A stretch of DNA of 64,000 nt. Origin: Thiobacillus sp. GTDB lineage: Bacteria > Pseudomonadota > Gammaproteobacteria > Burkholderiales > Thiobacillaceae. Where the stretch lies: contig JANJXF010000027.1 of NCBI GenBank assembly GCA_024709165.1, positions 2,718 to 66,717 of the forward strand, read 5' to 3'. Position 1 is the stretch's first letter; each line of letters opens with the position of its first letter. The notes below the pieces were generated by a model, which searched no databases, was not told where the DNA came from, and saw only the letters and a list, made by a program, of their open reading frames with translations. Both the position numbers and the translations under genes were made by a program. This document shows, in pieces, positions 1 through 9,978 of the stretch.

Positions 1-44
1 CCTGGATCGCGGCCAACAAGCTGGTCGACAAGTCGAAAAACTGA
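1..44 (+). CDS. ilvC: 3' end of ketol-acid reductoisomerase (partial)
   Basis: Frame from nt 3 reads WIAANKLVDKSKN-stop, a typical proteobacterial IlvC C-terminus; ilvC-psd-pssA order is common in betaproteobacteria. Confidence 0.8.
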   Translation, partial: WIAANKLVDKSKN

Positions 45-45
45 A

Positions 46-132
46 GTGTGTGAGGGGTGAGGCGAAAGGGGTGAGGCGGAGGGCGCTTCACGGTCTTGGC
101 GCCTCACGCCTCATTCCGCGCGCCTCACTCAC
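46..132. repeat. Inverted repeat built from 7-bp units
   Basis: Left arm GTGAGGG-GTGAGGC-GAAAGGG-GTGAGGC (50-77); right arm GCCTCAC-GCCTCAT-TCCGCGC-GCCTCAC (101-128). Confidence 0.75.
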
Positions 133-759
133 ATGAAACAACCCCTTATCGCCCGCGAGGGCTGGCTCGTTCTTCTCGCTGCGTTTGCCGCCGCGCTCGT
201 CGCCACCTGGCTGGTCGGCGGGTGGTCGGCGCCGTTCTGGATCTGGGCGCTGTTCGCCCTGCAGTTCTTCCGCGATCCGGTGCGCGTGCCGCCAGCCGAT
301 GCCGATGCGGTGATCGCGCCGGCGGACGGCCGTATCGTTGCAGTGGAAAAGGTCGACGACCCCTACCTCAAGCGCGAGGCGCTCAAGATCAGCGTGTTCA
401 TGAACGTGTTCAACGTGCACTCGAACAAGAGTCCGGTCGACGGCGAGGTGAAGGGGCGCTGGTACAACCCGGGCAGCTTCGTCAATGCGGATCTCGACAA
501 GGCTTCGCTTGAAAACGAGCGCAACGCGCTCTGGATCCACAACGCACGCGGCGATGTGACCAGCGTGCAGATCGCCGGCCTGATCGCACGCCGCATCCTC
601 TGCTATGTCGCCACCGGCGACAAGCTGGTACGCGGGCAGCGCTACGGCTTCATCCGTTTCGGCTCGCGGGTCGACGTGTACCTGCCGGTCACCGCGCGCG
701 CCGAAGTCTCGATTGGCCAAAAAGTCACCGGCGGGCGTACCATACTGGCTCGCTGGTAA
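133..759 (+). CDS. psd: Phosphatidylserine decarboxylase proenzyme
   Basis: [15 protein letters not shown] and the RFGSRVD self-cleavage motif. Confidence 0.93.
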   Translation: MKQPLIAREGWLVLLAAFAAALVATWLVGGWSAPFWIWALFALQFFRDPVRVPPADADAVIAPADGRIVAVEKVDDPYLKREALKISVFMNVFNVHSNKSPVDGEVKGRWYNPGSFVNADLDKASLENERNALWIHNARGDVTSVQIAGLIARRILCYVATGDKLVRGQRYGFIRFGSRVDVYLPVTARAEVSIGQKVTGGRTILARW

Positions 760-773
760 CCTGATTGGGCACA

Positions 774-1550
774 ATGCCTGACCTCATCCACCGCAAGACC
801 GACCGGCAGCGGCCCCGGATGCGCGACCGCGGCATCTACCTGCTGCCCAACCTGTTCACCACCGGCGCGCTGTTCGCCGGTTTCTACGCCGTCGTGCAGG
901 CGATGAACGGGCGTTTCGAGCACGCCGCGGTGGCGATCTTCATCGCCATGGTGCTTGACGGCCTGGATGGCCGCGTCGCGCGCCTGACGCACACACAGAG
1001 TGCGTTCGGCGCGGAATACGACAGTCTGTCCGACATGGTTTCCTTCGGCGTCGCCCCGGCGCTGGTGATCTACGAATTCGCCCTGCAGGGTCTGGGCAAG
1101 TTCGGTTGGATCGCCGCTTTCGTCTATTGCGCCGGTGCCGCGCTGCGTCTGGCGCGCTTCAACACACAGCTCGACGCTGTGACCGACAAGCGCTTCTTTC
1201 AGGGATTGCCCAGCCCGTCGGCCGCCGCGCTTGTCGCCGGGTTCGTCTGGGTCATGGTCGAATACCGGATTTCCGGCAGCGATGTGCGCGTGCTTGCAGC
1301 CGTCATAGCCCTGTTCGGCGGGCTGACCATGGTCAGCAACTTCCGCTTTTACAGCGGCAAGGAAATCAATCTGAGGAAGAGCGTGCCCTTCTTCGTCATC
1401 CTGCTGGTGGTGCTCGCCTTCATTCTGGTTTCCACCAGTCCGCCCGAAGTGCTGTTCGGCGGTTTCGTGCTGTACGGCCTTTCCGGCTATGCCGACGCGC
1501 TGTGGCGTGTGACGCGTCGCGGCAGGTCGGCGCAGCCGACGACCGAATGA
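774..1550 (+). CDS. pssA: CDP-diacylglycerol--serine O-phosphatidyltransferase
   Basis: LPNLFT and the DGLDGRVAR...G...DSLSD CDP-alcohol phosphotransferase motif; alternative TTG start at 765. Confidence 0.93.
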   Translation: MPDLIHRKTDRQRPRMRDRGIYLLPNLFTTGALFAGFYAVVQAMNGRFEHAAVAIFIAMVLDGLDGRVARLTHTQSAFGAEYDSLSDMVSFGVAPALVIYEFALQGLGKFGWIAAFVYCAGAALRLARFNTQLDAVTDKRFFQGLPSPSAAALVAGFVWVMVEYRISGSDVRVLAAVIALFGGLTMVSNFRFYSGKEINLRKSVPFFVILLVVLAFILVSTSPPEVLFGGFVLYGLSGYADALWRVTRRGRSAQPTTE

Positions 1551-1580
1551 CTCACAGCCCTTCCATGGGCGAGCGTCCGG

Positions 1581-4500
1581 TCAGACTGGCCCGGCCGCGC
1601 GCCTGCCGATGCGGAACCACAGCGCATACAGCGCCGGCACGAACAGCAGGGTGATGAGCGTGCCGACGGCGATGCCGCCGATGAGGACGTAGGCGAGCGG
1701 GCCCCAGAACCCGTCGAGGGTGAGCGGTACGAAGGCGAAGATGGCGGCGAGTGCGGTGAGCACGACGGGGCGCGCGCGCCGCACTGCGGCCTCGACGACG
1801 GCGTCGGAGGCCGGCATGCCGTCCTGGAGGTTGTCGGCCACCTGCTGGGTGAGGATGAGGGTGTTGCGCATGAGAATGCCGGCCAGGCCGATGAGACCCA
1901 GCAGCGCGACGAAGCCGAACGGCTGGCGGAACAGCAGCAGCGCCGCGACCGCACCGATCACGCCGAGCGGGGCAGTGGCGACAACCACGAAAGTGCCGCT
2001 GAACGAGCGCATCTGCAGCATGACAAAAATGAGCGTCAACGCGAGCATCACCGGCATCAGCCGGTTGATCGACGCGTCGGCCTTGCCTGATTGCTCGACC
2101 GAGCCGCCGATATCGATGCGGTACCCGGGTGGCAGCGAGGCGCGCAGCTTGGCGAGCTTGCTCCACACCGCAGCGCTGACGTCGTTGGGCTGGGCGCCGC
2201 GGATGTCGGCGTGAACGGCAACGAAGGGCTCGCGGTTATAGCGGCGGATGACCGGATCTTCGAAACGGACTTCCAGTTTGCCGAGCTGGGCGAGCGGCAC
2301 CGTGTGGCCGTCGAGGGTGCGCAATTCGATCGCCTGCGGGCGGCCGGCATCGGCGGCGCCGCCGCGCGCGTGCACCTCGACGCTGCGCAGACCCTGGCGC
2401 ACGGTGGTGACGGCGGTGCCGTCGAGCTGGAACTGGAGCTGGCGTGCGACTTCGTTCGGGGTGAGGCCGACCAGACGCAGGCGCTCGGGGTCGGCCGTCA
2501 GATGCAGCACGGGGACCCGCTCGTCCCACTCCAGATGCGGGTCGCGGATGTTCCGGTTGGCGTCCATTACCTCGCGCACCGCGTGGCCGATGCGGCGCAG
2601 TTCGACCGGATCGGGGCCGACGACGCGAAAACTCACAGGCCAGATCACCGGCGGGCCATAGAACAGCCGCGTGACGCGCACGCGCGCTTCGGGGAAGTCG
2701 CCGTTGGCAATGTGCTGTTCCAGTGTCGTCATGACGCGGTCGCGCGCCGCGACGTCCTGGGTGACCGCGATGATTTTCGCAAAGGCGGGGTCGGGCTGCT
2801 CCGGATTCGCGGAGATGAAGAAGCGCGGCGCGCCCGCTCCGACGTAGGCCGACAGGGTGCGCACCTCGGGCATTTTCGCCAGGATGGCTTCGAGCTTGTG
2901 CGTGGTTGCATCGGTGGTGCCGATCGCGCTGCCCTGCGGCAGGTAGACGCTCACCAGGACTTCAGTGCGGTCGGAGCCGGGGAAAAACTGCTTTTCCACG
3001 GGGCCGGCCATGCCGGCGACAGCGAGTGCCAGGAGCCCCAGCGTGCCTGCGACGACGGTCTTGCGGCGCGCGACGCACCACTCGATCAGCGCGCGCAGGC
3101 GCCGGTACGCCGGGGTTTGGTACAGGCTGCCGCCGGCGTGGGTGCCTTTCCTGTAGTCGGGGAGAAGCTTGACGCCGAGGTAGGGGGTGAAGGTGACCGC
3201 GACCAGCCACGACAGCAGCAGCGCGATGCCCAGCACCCAGAAGATATTGCCGGCGTATTCGCCGACACCGGATTGCGCGAAGCCGATCGGTACGAAGCCT
3301 GCGACAGTGACAAGAGTGCCGAACAGCATCGGCGCAGCAGTGACGTTCCACGCGTGCGAAGCGGCCCGCACACGGTCCCAGCCTTCCTCCATTTTGACGA
3401 TCATCATCTCGATGGCGATGATGGCATCGTCGACCAGGAGGCCCAGCGCGATGATGAGCGCACCCAGGGTGATGCGGTCGAGGTTGATGCCGCGCAGTTT
3501 CATCACCAGGAAGGTGAGGCCGATCGTCACAGGAATGGCAATGCCCACCACCAGTCCGGCGCGTAGGCCGATGGCGAGCACGCTGATGCCGATGACCACG
3601 GCGACCGCGACGAGGAACTTGAGCTGGAACAGGTTCACCGCGCTGGAGATAGCCTCCGCCTGGTTGGTGAGCGGGGTGAGCGTGATGCCCAGTGGCAGGC
3701 GCGCGCGTTCGGACGCGAAGAAGGTATCGAGGCGTTCGCCGAGGTGCAGGCCGTTTTCGCCACGGCGCATCACCACGCCAAGCAGGATCGCGTCCTCGCC
3801 GTGCGCGCGCACCAGATAGGAAGGCGGTGTTTCGTAACCGCGTCGCACCGTCGCGATGTCCGACAGGCGCAGCAGGTGGTCGCCAATGCGCAGCGGCACC
3901 GCGGCCAGTGCCGCCGGATCGGCGAGGTCGGCGTCCAGGCGCAGGTACACGCGCGGACCGGCGGTCTCGATGTGGCCGACCGGCATCAGGCGATTGTGGG
4001 CGTCGATGGCATCGAAGACCGCCTGTGCAGAAAGATTCAGGCTGTGCAGCTTTGCCATGTCGAAGTCGACGAACACCCGCTCGCTGCGTTCCCCCAGCAA
4101 CAGCGCCTTGTGTACGCCATCGACGAGTTGCAGGCGGTTGCGCACGGATTCCGCCTCGCGCACCAGGTCGCGCATCGGCATGCCTTGCGCGGTCAGCGCG
4201 ATGAGGCTGAAATACACGTCGGAGAAATCGTCGTTGACCAGCGGGCCGATGACACCCGGTGGCAGTCTGCCCGCCTCGTCCTGCATGCGTTTGCGCACCT
4301 CGTAGAAGAGGTCTGGAATGATGCGGTTGGGCGCGTAGTCGTGGAATTCGATCTGCAGGTCGGCGCGGCCCGGACGCACCACGGTTTCGATGCGATACAG
4401 GTAATCGATTTCCTGGATGCGCTTTTCCAGACGGTCCACCACCTGCTGCTGCAGCGTGTCCGGCGTCGCCCCGGGCCAGATCACCGACACCGCGACGATG

Positions 4501-4637
4501 CGCACGGTGAAGGCGGGATCCTCGGCGCGGCCGAGCGAGAGAAAGGCGTAGACGCCGGCAATGATCGAGAGCAGCAGGAAGAACAGCGCAATCGAGCGCT
4601 CGCGCACCGCGAGCGCCGACAGGTTGGGAAAGCTCAT
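1581..4637 (-). CDS. RND efflux permease (AcrB/AcrD/AcrF family)
   Basis: 1018 aa; GRAEDP, LGLLVDDAII and RARPVVLTALAA motifs; two repeats of the TM plus periplasmic architecture. Confidence 0.92.
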   Translation of the reverse strand: MSFPNLSALAVRERSIALFFLLLSIIAGVYAFLSLGRAEDPAFTVRIVAVSVIWPGATPDTLQQQVVDRLEKRIQEIDYLYRIETVVRPGRADLQIEFHDYAPNRIIPDLFYEVRKRMQDEAGRLPPGVIGPLVNDDFSDVYFSLIALTAQGMPMRDLVREAESVRNRLQLVDGVHKALLLGERSERVFVDFDMAKLHSLNLSAQAVFDAIDAHNRLMPVGHIETAGPRVYLRLDADLADPAALAAVPLRIGDHLLRLSDIATVRRGYETPPSYLVRAHGEDAILLGVVMRRGENGLHLGERLDTFFASERARLPLGITLTPLTNQAEAISSAVNLFQLKFLVAVAVVIGISVLAIGLRAGLVVGIAIPVTIGLTFLVMKLRGINLDRITLGALIIALGLLVDDAIIAIEMMIVKMEEGWDRVRAASHAWNVTAAPMLFGTLVTVAGFVPIGFAQSGVGEYAGNIFWVLGIALLLSWLVAVTFTPYLGVKLLPDYRKGTHAGGSLYQTPAYRRLRALIEWCVARRKTVVAGTLGLLALAVAGMAGPVEKQFFPGSDRTEVLVSVYLPQGSAIGTTDATTHKLEAILAKMPEVRTLSAYVGAGAPRFFISANPEQPDPAFAKIIAVTQDVAARDRVMTTLEQHIANGDFPEARVRVTRLFYGPPVIWPVSFRVVGPDPVELRRIGHAVREVMDANRNIRDPHLEWDERVPVLHLTADPERLRLVGLTPNEVARQLQFQLDGTAVTTVRQGLRSVEVHARGGAADAGRPQAIELRTLDGHTVPLAQLGKLEVRFEDPVIRRYNREPFVAVHADIRGAQPNDVSAAVWSKLAKLRASLPPGYRIDIGGSVEQSGKADASINRLMPVMLALTLIFVMLQMRSFSGTFVVVATAPLGVIGAVAALLLFRQPFGFVALLGLIGLAGILMRNTLILTQQVADNLQDGMPASDAVVEAAVRRARPVVLTALAAIFAFVPLTLDGFWGPLAYVLIGGIAVGTLITLLFVPALYALWFRIGRRAAGPV

Positions 4638-5686
4638 TGGCGGCGCTCCCGCACTGCCATGCCGGGTTTCAGCAGGTGCGTACCCAGCGCCACGATGCGG
4701 CTTCCAGGCTCAAGCCTGGCCCGGATGTGTGCGGTATCGGCATCCAGAGCGATCACTTCGACGGGTACCGGCTGCACGGCGCCACGGACGACCTGCCATA
4801 CGCGGGCACCTTCGGCGCGTTCGTCGAGCGCCCCCAGGGGTACGGCCAGCCCGCCGTTATCGGCAGCGGTGGCGAAGCGTACACGCACGACGCTGCCGAG
4901 CGTCAGCGCATCGGCAGCCGCGTCCCGGTCGACGCGGTAACGGCTGCGCCAGGTCCGGCTGTCGGGGTCCGCCGCGCCGGCGGTTTCGCGCAGCGTCAGC
5001 GCCAGTGGCGAGCCTTCGGGTGGCAGCGCTTCGCCGGTACGCGGTGGCGTGACGCTGTCGGGAAAGAATACCTCGATTTCGCGCGCACCGTCGTGTGCGA
5101 TCACGGCGACCGGCTGGCCGGCGGCCACTACCTGTCCAGGCTCGCCGAGTGTGCTGACGACAACGCCGTCCGCGGCAGTCGTGAGTGCGGCGTAGCCGCG
5201 TGCGTGGCGTGCCTGCTGCAGACGGGCACGGGCGGCGTCCAGACGCGCCTGCGTCTCGCGCACCACGAGTTCGGTGCGGTCGAGCGCCTGGCGGCTGACG
5301 AAGGCTTGCGCCTGCAACGCTCGGTTGCGCGTGGCGTCGGCTTGCGCGAGATGCAAGGCCGACAGCGCGGCGGCATGCTCGGCTTCCGCCGCCTGGACTG
5401 CCTGTTCGAGGTCGCGCGGGTCGAGACGGAACAGCGCCGAGCCGCGGGCCACACGTTGGCCTGCGTCGACGTGGCGCGTCGCAATGCGTCCGCCCACCTG
5501 GAATGCCACCGGAGTTTCATGGCGCGCGCGCACCGTGCCGGTGAGCTCCAGTTCGGTCGCGCCGTTGGCGCGCACCGGGGCGGTCAGCACCCAGGGCGGC
5601 ACACTCTTGGGCGGTGGCGGCGCTTCACCCTGACAGGCAGAAAGCAGGAGCAATGCGAGCGCGGCAAGGGTGAGGGTTCTGGACAT
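4634..5686 (-). CDS. RND periplasmic adaptor (membrane fusion lipoprotein)
   Basis: Start trimmed to MSRTLTLAALALLLLSAC (lipobox); GTVRAR..FQVGGRI; coiled coil; 4-bp overlap with the permease. Confidence 0.88.
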   Translation of the reverse strand: MSRTLTLAALALLLLSACQGEAPPPPKSVPPWVLTAPVRANGATELELTGTVRARHETPVAFQVGGRIATRHVDAGQRVARGSALFRLDPRDLEQAVQAAEAEHAAALSALHLAQADATRNRALQAQAFVSRQALDRTELVVRETQARLDAARARLQQARHARGYAALTTAADGVVVSTLGEPGQVVAAGQPVAVIAHDGAREIEVFFPDSVTPPRTGEALPPEGSPLALTLRETAGAADPDSRTWRSRYRVDRDAAADALTLGSVVRVRFATAADNGGLAVPLGALDERAEGARVWQVVRGAVQPVPVEVIALDADTAHIRARLEPGSRIVALGTHLLKPGMAVRERRQ

Positions 5687-5775
5687 GGGGTGTCTCGTGC
5701 GAGGTCGAGGAGGGTTTGCCTTGATGTTCCGCCTGCGTAGTGTAACCGGCCAGCGGCACGGGGTCGGGGGGCAAT

Positions 5776-6267
5776 TCAGCGTGGATGGGGCTCCGCGGCG
5801 TCGGCGAGCCGTTGCAGCAGTGCGGTCAGCGTGGCGATCTCCTGCGCATCCAGAATGCTGCGTATCCACGCGTCGGCGGTGGCGGCGACGTCCGCCATGG
5901 CCTGCTCGATCAGGACTCTGCCTGCGGGTGTCAGCCGAATCGGCTTGACGCGCTGGTCGTGGGGATCCTGCGAACGTAGCACCAGAGTGCGCGCTTCCAG
6001 TTGCCGCATCACCTTGCTCAGGCCGCCCGAAGTGATGAGCAGGCAATCCTGCAGCTGCGACGGGGTGAGCTGGTGGGGCGGAGGCGCGTTGCGCAGCGTC
6101 GCGAGGACGTCGAATTCCGCCGGCGTGAGCTTGTGCCTCGCCCAGATCGGACGGGCGCGGACAAGCGTCATTTCACGGGCGCTGTGGAGGTGCAGGATGA
6201 GCGGCAAGGTGTCGGGTGCGTGACTTTCCGACCAGGCATGGCACGGTCGTTTGCGGGGTGAGGTCAT
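5776..6267 (-). CDS. MarR-family transcriptional regulator
   Basis: LTPAEFDVLATLR...LTPSQL...ITSGGLS...DQRVKPIRLTPAG; start trimmed to ATG at 6267. Confidence 0.88.
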   Translation of the reverse strand: MTSPRKRPCHAWSESHAPDTLPLILHLHSAREMTLVRARPIWARHKLTPAEFDVLATLRNAPPPHQLTPSQLQDCLLITSGGLSKVMRQLEARTLVLRSQDPHDQRVKPIRLTPAGRVLIEQAMADVAATADAWIRSILDAQEIATLTALLQRLADAAEPHPR

Positions 6268-6307
6268 GGCGGAGCCTCCGGGCGATGAAGCACATCGTAG
6301 CAGCAAA

Positions 6308-6327
6308 TTATCTTGCGAGAAAGATAA
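6308..6327. promoter_or_regulatory. Putative MarR operator
   Basis: Perfect inverted repeat TTATCTT-N6-AAGATAA about 40 bp upstream of the marR start, in the divergent intergenic region. Confidence 0.6.
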
Positions 6328-6545
6328 GTTGTCGCTATCATGATTTTTCGCGCGGGAGTGGTGCCGTGGGCTTTTCACGGCAAGAGTGGGTCGGCGTGTG
6401 CCGCAGTCGCATGCTCGCCGTGAACGTTTGACGGCAGCGATGCTCCAATCCCCCGGCTGACGAAGTGCAGTGGCCTGCATACCCCGGGAGGCGAGTCACC
6501 CATGGCGAAGCGGTACACTCGATCCACAATCTCGACGACATTCCC

Positions 6546-7994
6546 ATGACCCTGCGTCATTCCGTATTCAAGATTGCCCTGCTGGCGAGCACCGGCCTTG
6601 CCGGCTGCACCGCCCTCGGGCCGGATTACCAGACTGCGATGCCTGTCGCACCGGCAGGCTGGAGCCGTGCGCCGGACAGCGCGGCGGTGGTGCGCGTCGA
6701 GGCGCCCGACGACCTCGGTCGCTGGTGGCAGAGGTTCGAGGATCCACTGTTGTCCGAACTGGTGGAACAGGGGCTGCAGGCGAATCTCGATCTCGCGAGC
6801 GCGCAGGCGCGCCTGCGCGAAGCGCGCGCGCGTCGCACCGTGGCGGCAGCCGGCCGTTTTCCGGAGGTCGGCGCATCCGTTACGGCGCGCCGCACGGGGG
6901 CCAGCGAGACGCTGGGCGGCGGCAATACCCGCAACGCCTTCGCTGCGGGCTTCGATGCAAGCTGGGAACTCGACGTGTTCGGCGGCGTGCGGCGCAGCGT
7001 CGAGGCGGCGGAGGCGGATGTGCAGACCGGCGAGGCGAATCTGCAGGCCGCGCAGGTGTCGCTGGCGGCCGAGGTGGCGCTCAACTATGTGGACGTGCGG
7101 GCGTATCAGCTGCGCCTTGCGATCGCGCGTGACAATCTTGCGAGCCAGGCACAGACGCTGCAGTTGACCGACTGGCGCGCGCAGGCGGGACTGGTGAGCC
7201 GCCAGGACGTCGAGCAGGCGCGCACCAATCTCGAACAGACACGCGCGCAGATTCCCGCGCTGGAATCGGGCCTCGCAGCGGCCGAGCATCGTCTTGCGGT
7301 GCTGCTGGGACAGGCACCTGGCAGCTTGGGTGCGCGGCTTGCAGCGGGTGCAGGACTGCCGCAGGCGCCGGCGTCGATCGCCGTCGGTATCCCCGCCGAT
7401 ACCCTCAGGCAGCGCCCCGATGTGCGTGCCGCGGAGCGTGCGCTCGCGGCGGAAACCGCGCGGCTGGGCGTGGCGGAAGCGGCACGCTATCCGGATTTTC
7501 GGCTGTCCGGTTCCATCGGCCTGGAGGCCCTGACCTTCGCCGGCCTTGGCGACGGCGGCGCGGGCACCCATTCGCTGCTCGCCGCGCTCGCTGCACCGAT
7601 CTTCAATGCCGGCCGTCTGCGTGCGCAGGTGGAAATCCAGGATGCGGTACGCGAGCGCGCGCAGGCGGTTTACGAGTCCACGGTGCTTGCGGCGCTGGAA
7701 GACGTGGAGAACGCACTCGTTGCGCTGGTGCGCAGCCGCGAGCGCGAGCAGGCGCTGGCAAGTGGGCTCGATGCGGCGCGCAACGCCGCAGCATTGGCGC
7801 GAGACCGCTACAGCGCCGGACTCATCGACTTCCAGGCGGTACTCGATACGGAACGCAGCGTGCTGTCGTTGCAGGACAGTTTCGCCAGCACGCGCGCGGA
7901 CGGCATTGCGGCACTGGTCCGCCTGTACAAGGCGCTGGGCGGCGGCTGGTCGCCCGCGGCGCCGACACCGACTCTCGCTCAGGACACACCATGA
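6546..7994 (+). CDS. Outer-membrane efflux lipoprotein (NodT/OprM family)
   Basis: LAGC lipobox; WWQRFEDP, SWELDVFG, RPDVRAAE and LYKALGGGW motifs. Confidence 0.92.
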   Translation: MTLRHSVFKIALLASTGLAGCTALGPDYQTAMPVAPAGWSRAPDSAAVVRVEAPDDLGRWWQRFEDPLLSELVEQGLQANLDLASAQARLREARARRTVAAAGRFPEVGASVTARRTGASETLGGGNTRNAFAAGFDASWELDVFGGVRRSVEAAEADVQTGEANLQAAQVSLAAEVALNYVDVRAYQLRLAIARDNLASQAQTLQLTDWRAQAGLVSRQDVEQARTNLEQTRAQIPALESGLAAAEHRLAVLLGQAPGSLGARLAAGAGLPQAPASIAVGIPADTLRQRPDVRAAERALAAETARLGVAEAARYPDFRLSGSIGLEALTFAGLGDGGAGTHSLLAALAAPIFNAGRLRAQVEIQDAVRERAQAVYESTVLAALEDVENALVALVRSREREQALASGLDAARNAAALARDRYSAGLIDFQAVLDTERSVLSLQDSFASTRADGIAALVRLYKALGGGWSPAAPTPTLAQDTP

Positions 7995-9277
7995 ATACCT
8001 CCACTGCCAGCTCCGAGACACCGGCCAAAACACTGCTTGCCGACGATTCGACAGGCGCACGCTCGCGTCGCTGGAAATGGCTGGGGGGCGCAGCCGTTCT
8101 GCTCGCCGCGGGGATTGCTTACTTTTTGATACGTGGCGACGATGCGGCGCAGCAGCCGCAGTACCGGACCGAGAAAGCGGATATGGGCAGACTGGTGGTG
8201 AAGGTCTCGGCGACCGGCAATCTGCAGCCGACCAACACCGTCGATGTGGGCAGCGAGCTGTCCGGCATCGTCGAGAAGGTGTTCGTCGACGACAACGACA
8301 GCGTAAGGAAGGGGCAGGTACTGGCGCAGCTCGATCTTTCCAAGCTGCGGGATGCGGTTGCCCGATCGCGTGCGAATCTGGTCGCAGCGGAGGCGCAGGT
8401 GACGCAGATGGGGGCGACCGTGGCCGAAGCGCGCGCCACGTTGGAGCGTTACCGGAAGGTGGCGCAGCTGTCCGGCGGCAAGGTACCATCGCAGGCGGAG
8501 ATGGACGCCGCGGTGGCGAATCGTGCACGCGCCGAAGCCAACGAGGCCAGTGCACGTGCCAGCGTCACGCAGGCGCGCGCGACCTTGCAGTCGGACGAGA
8601 CCAATCTGGGCAAGGCCCGCATCCGCTCGCCGATCAACGGGGTGGTGCTGTCGCGTCAGGTCGATCCGGGACAGACGGTGGCGGCATCCTTCCAGGCGCC
8701 GGTGCTGTTCAAGCTGGCCGAGGATCTCACCCAGATGGAATTGCAGGTTGCCGTCGATGAGGCGGACGTCGGTCAGGTGAAGAGCGGACAAAAGGCCACA
8801 TTCAGTGTCGATGCCTGGCCGGGGCGGCAGTACGCGGCCGTCATCCGGCGCGTCGGTTTCGGCGCGCAGTCGCAGGACGGGGTTGTTTCCTACCTCACCG
8901 TGCTTGATGTCGACAATGCGGATCTCAGCCTGCGTCCCGGCATGACGGGCACCGCCGACATCACCACGCTGGTTCGTGAGCAGGTCCTTCTGGTACCGAA
9001 CGGTGCCTTGCGCTTCACTCCGGCCACGACGGATGCGGCGCCGAAGAAATCCGCTGCTGGTATCGCCGGCATGTTGATGCCGCGGCCCCCGCGAGAGGCG
9101 CCCAAGGCGCGTTCCACCCCTGGCGCGACGCCACGCGTCTGGGTGCTGCGCGACGGCCAGCCGGTTGCACTCGACGTGCAGACCGGCGCAACCAACGGCC
9201 GCGTGACCGAGATCGTCGGCGGCGAACTCAATGCCGGCATGGCGGTGATCACCGAGGCCCTGCGCACTCCGCAATGA
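7991..9277 (+). CDS. MacA-like periplasmic adaptor
   Basis: N-terminal TM; SATGNLQP..VDVGSELSG; GQTVAASFQAPVLF; LRPGMT. Confidence 0.9.
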   Translation: MNTSTASSETPAKTLLADDSTGARSRRWKWLGGAAVLLAAGIAYFLIRGDDAAQQPQYRTEKADMGRLVVKVSATGNLQPTNTVDVGSELSGIVEKVFVDDNDSVRKGQVLAQLDLSKLRDAVARSRANLVAAEAQVTQMGATVAEARATLERYRKVAQLSGGKVPSQAEMDAAVANRARAEANEASARASVTQARATLQSDETNLGKARIRSPINGVVLSRQVDPGQTVAASFQAPVLFKLAEDLTQMELQVAVDEADVGQVKSGQKATFSVDAWPGRQYAAVIRRVGFGAQSQDGVVSYLTVLDVDNADLSLRPGMTGTADITTLVREQVLLVPNGALRFTPATTDAAPKKSAAGIAGMLMPRPPREAPKARSTPGATPRVWVLRDGQPVALDVQTGATNGRVTEIVGGELNAGMAVITEALRTPQ

Positions 9278-9978
9278 GCGACGGCCCGCTGATCCGGCTC
9301 GCCGGCATCACCAAGACCTACGGCCGCGGACAGGCCGCGTTCCAGGCGCTACGCGGCGTCGATCTCGTCGTCGAGGCGGGTGATTTCGTCGCCATCATGG
9401 GGCCGAGCGGCTCCGGCAAGTCCACCGCGATGAACATCATCGGCTGCCTGGATACGCCGACCCAGGGCAGTTACGCCTTTGAAGGCGTGAAGGTCGAAGG
9501 ACTCACGCGCAACGGCCGCGCCTTGCTGCGCCGCCACTATCTCGGCTTCGTGTTCCAGGGCTTCAACCTGCTGGCACGCACGACCGCACTGGAAAACGTC
9601 GAACTGCCGCTCATCTACCGCGGCGAACCCGCCGCCAGTCGGCATGCCGCCGCACGTGCGGCGCTCGCGCAGGTCGGACTCGCGGGATGGGAGCATCACA
9701 CGCCGGGTGAATTGTCCGGCGGGCAGCAGCAGCGTGTCGCCATTGCGCGTGCCATCGTGACGCATCCTCGGGTGCTGCTGGCCGATGAGCCCACTGGCAA
9801 CCTCGACAGCGTCAACAGTGTGGAGATCATGGAACTCATCCGCGGGCTGAACCGCGATCGCGGTATCACCGTGCTGATGGTGACGCACGAGCCGGAGATG
9901 GCCGCCTATGCGAAGCGGGTGGTGCGTTTCGTCGACGGACGCATCGACAGCGACCGCCGCAAGGAGGAGAACGCCTGA
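9274..9978 (+). CDS. ABC transporter ATP-binding protein (MacB/LolD-like)
   Basis: Walker A GPSGSGKS, signature LSGGQQQR, Walker B LLADEPTGNLD. Confidence 0.93.
   Translation: MSDGPLIRLAGITKTYGRGQAAFQALRGVDLVVEAGDFVAIMGPSGSGKSTAMNIIGCLDTPTQGSYAFEGVKVEGLTRNGRALLRRHYLGFVFQGFNLLARTTALENVELPLIYRGEPAASRHAAARAALAQVGLAGWEHHTPGELSGGQQQRVAIARAIVTHPRVLLADEPTGNLDSVNSVEIMELIRGLNRDRGITVLMVTHEPEMAAYAKRVVRFVDGRIDSDRRKEENA

Noticed and set aside
6375-8555. 726-aa minus-strand ORF, and similar long ORFs at 39626-41467, 43973-45862, 55858-57753 and 61516-63981
   Set aside because: Antisense shadows of well-supported genes in high-GC DNA; Arg/Ala/Pro-rich with no recognisable motifs.
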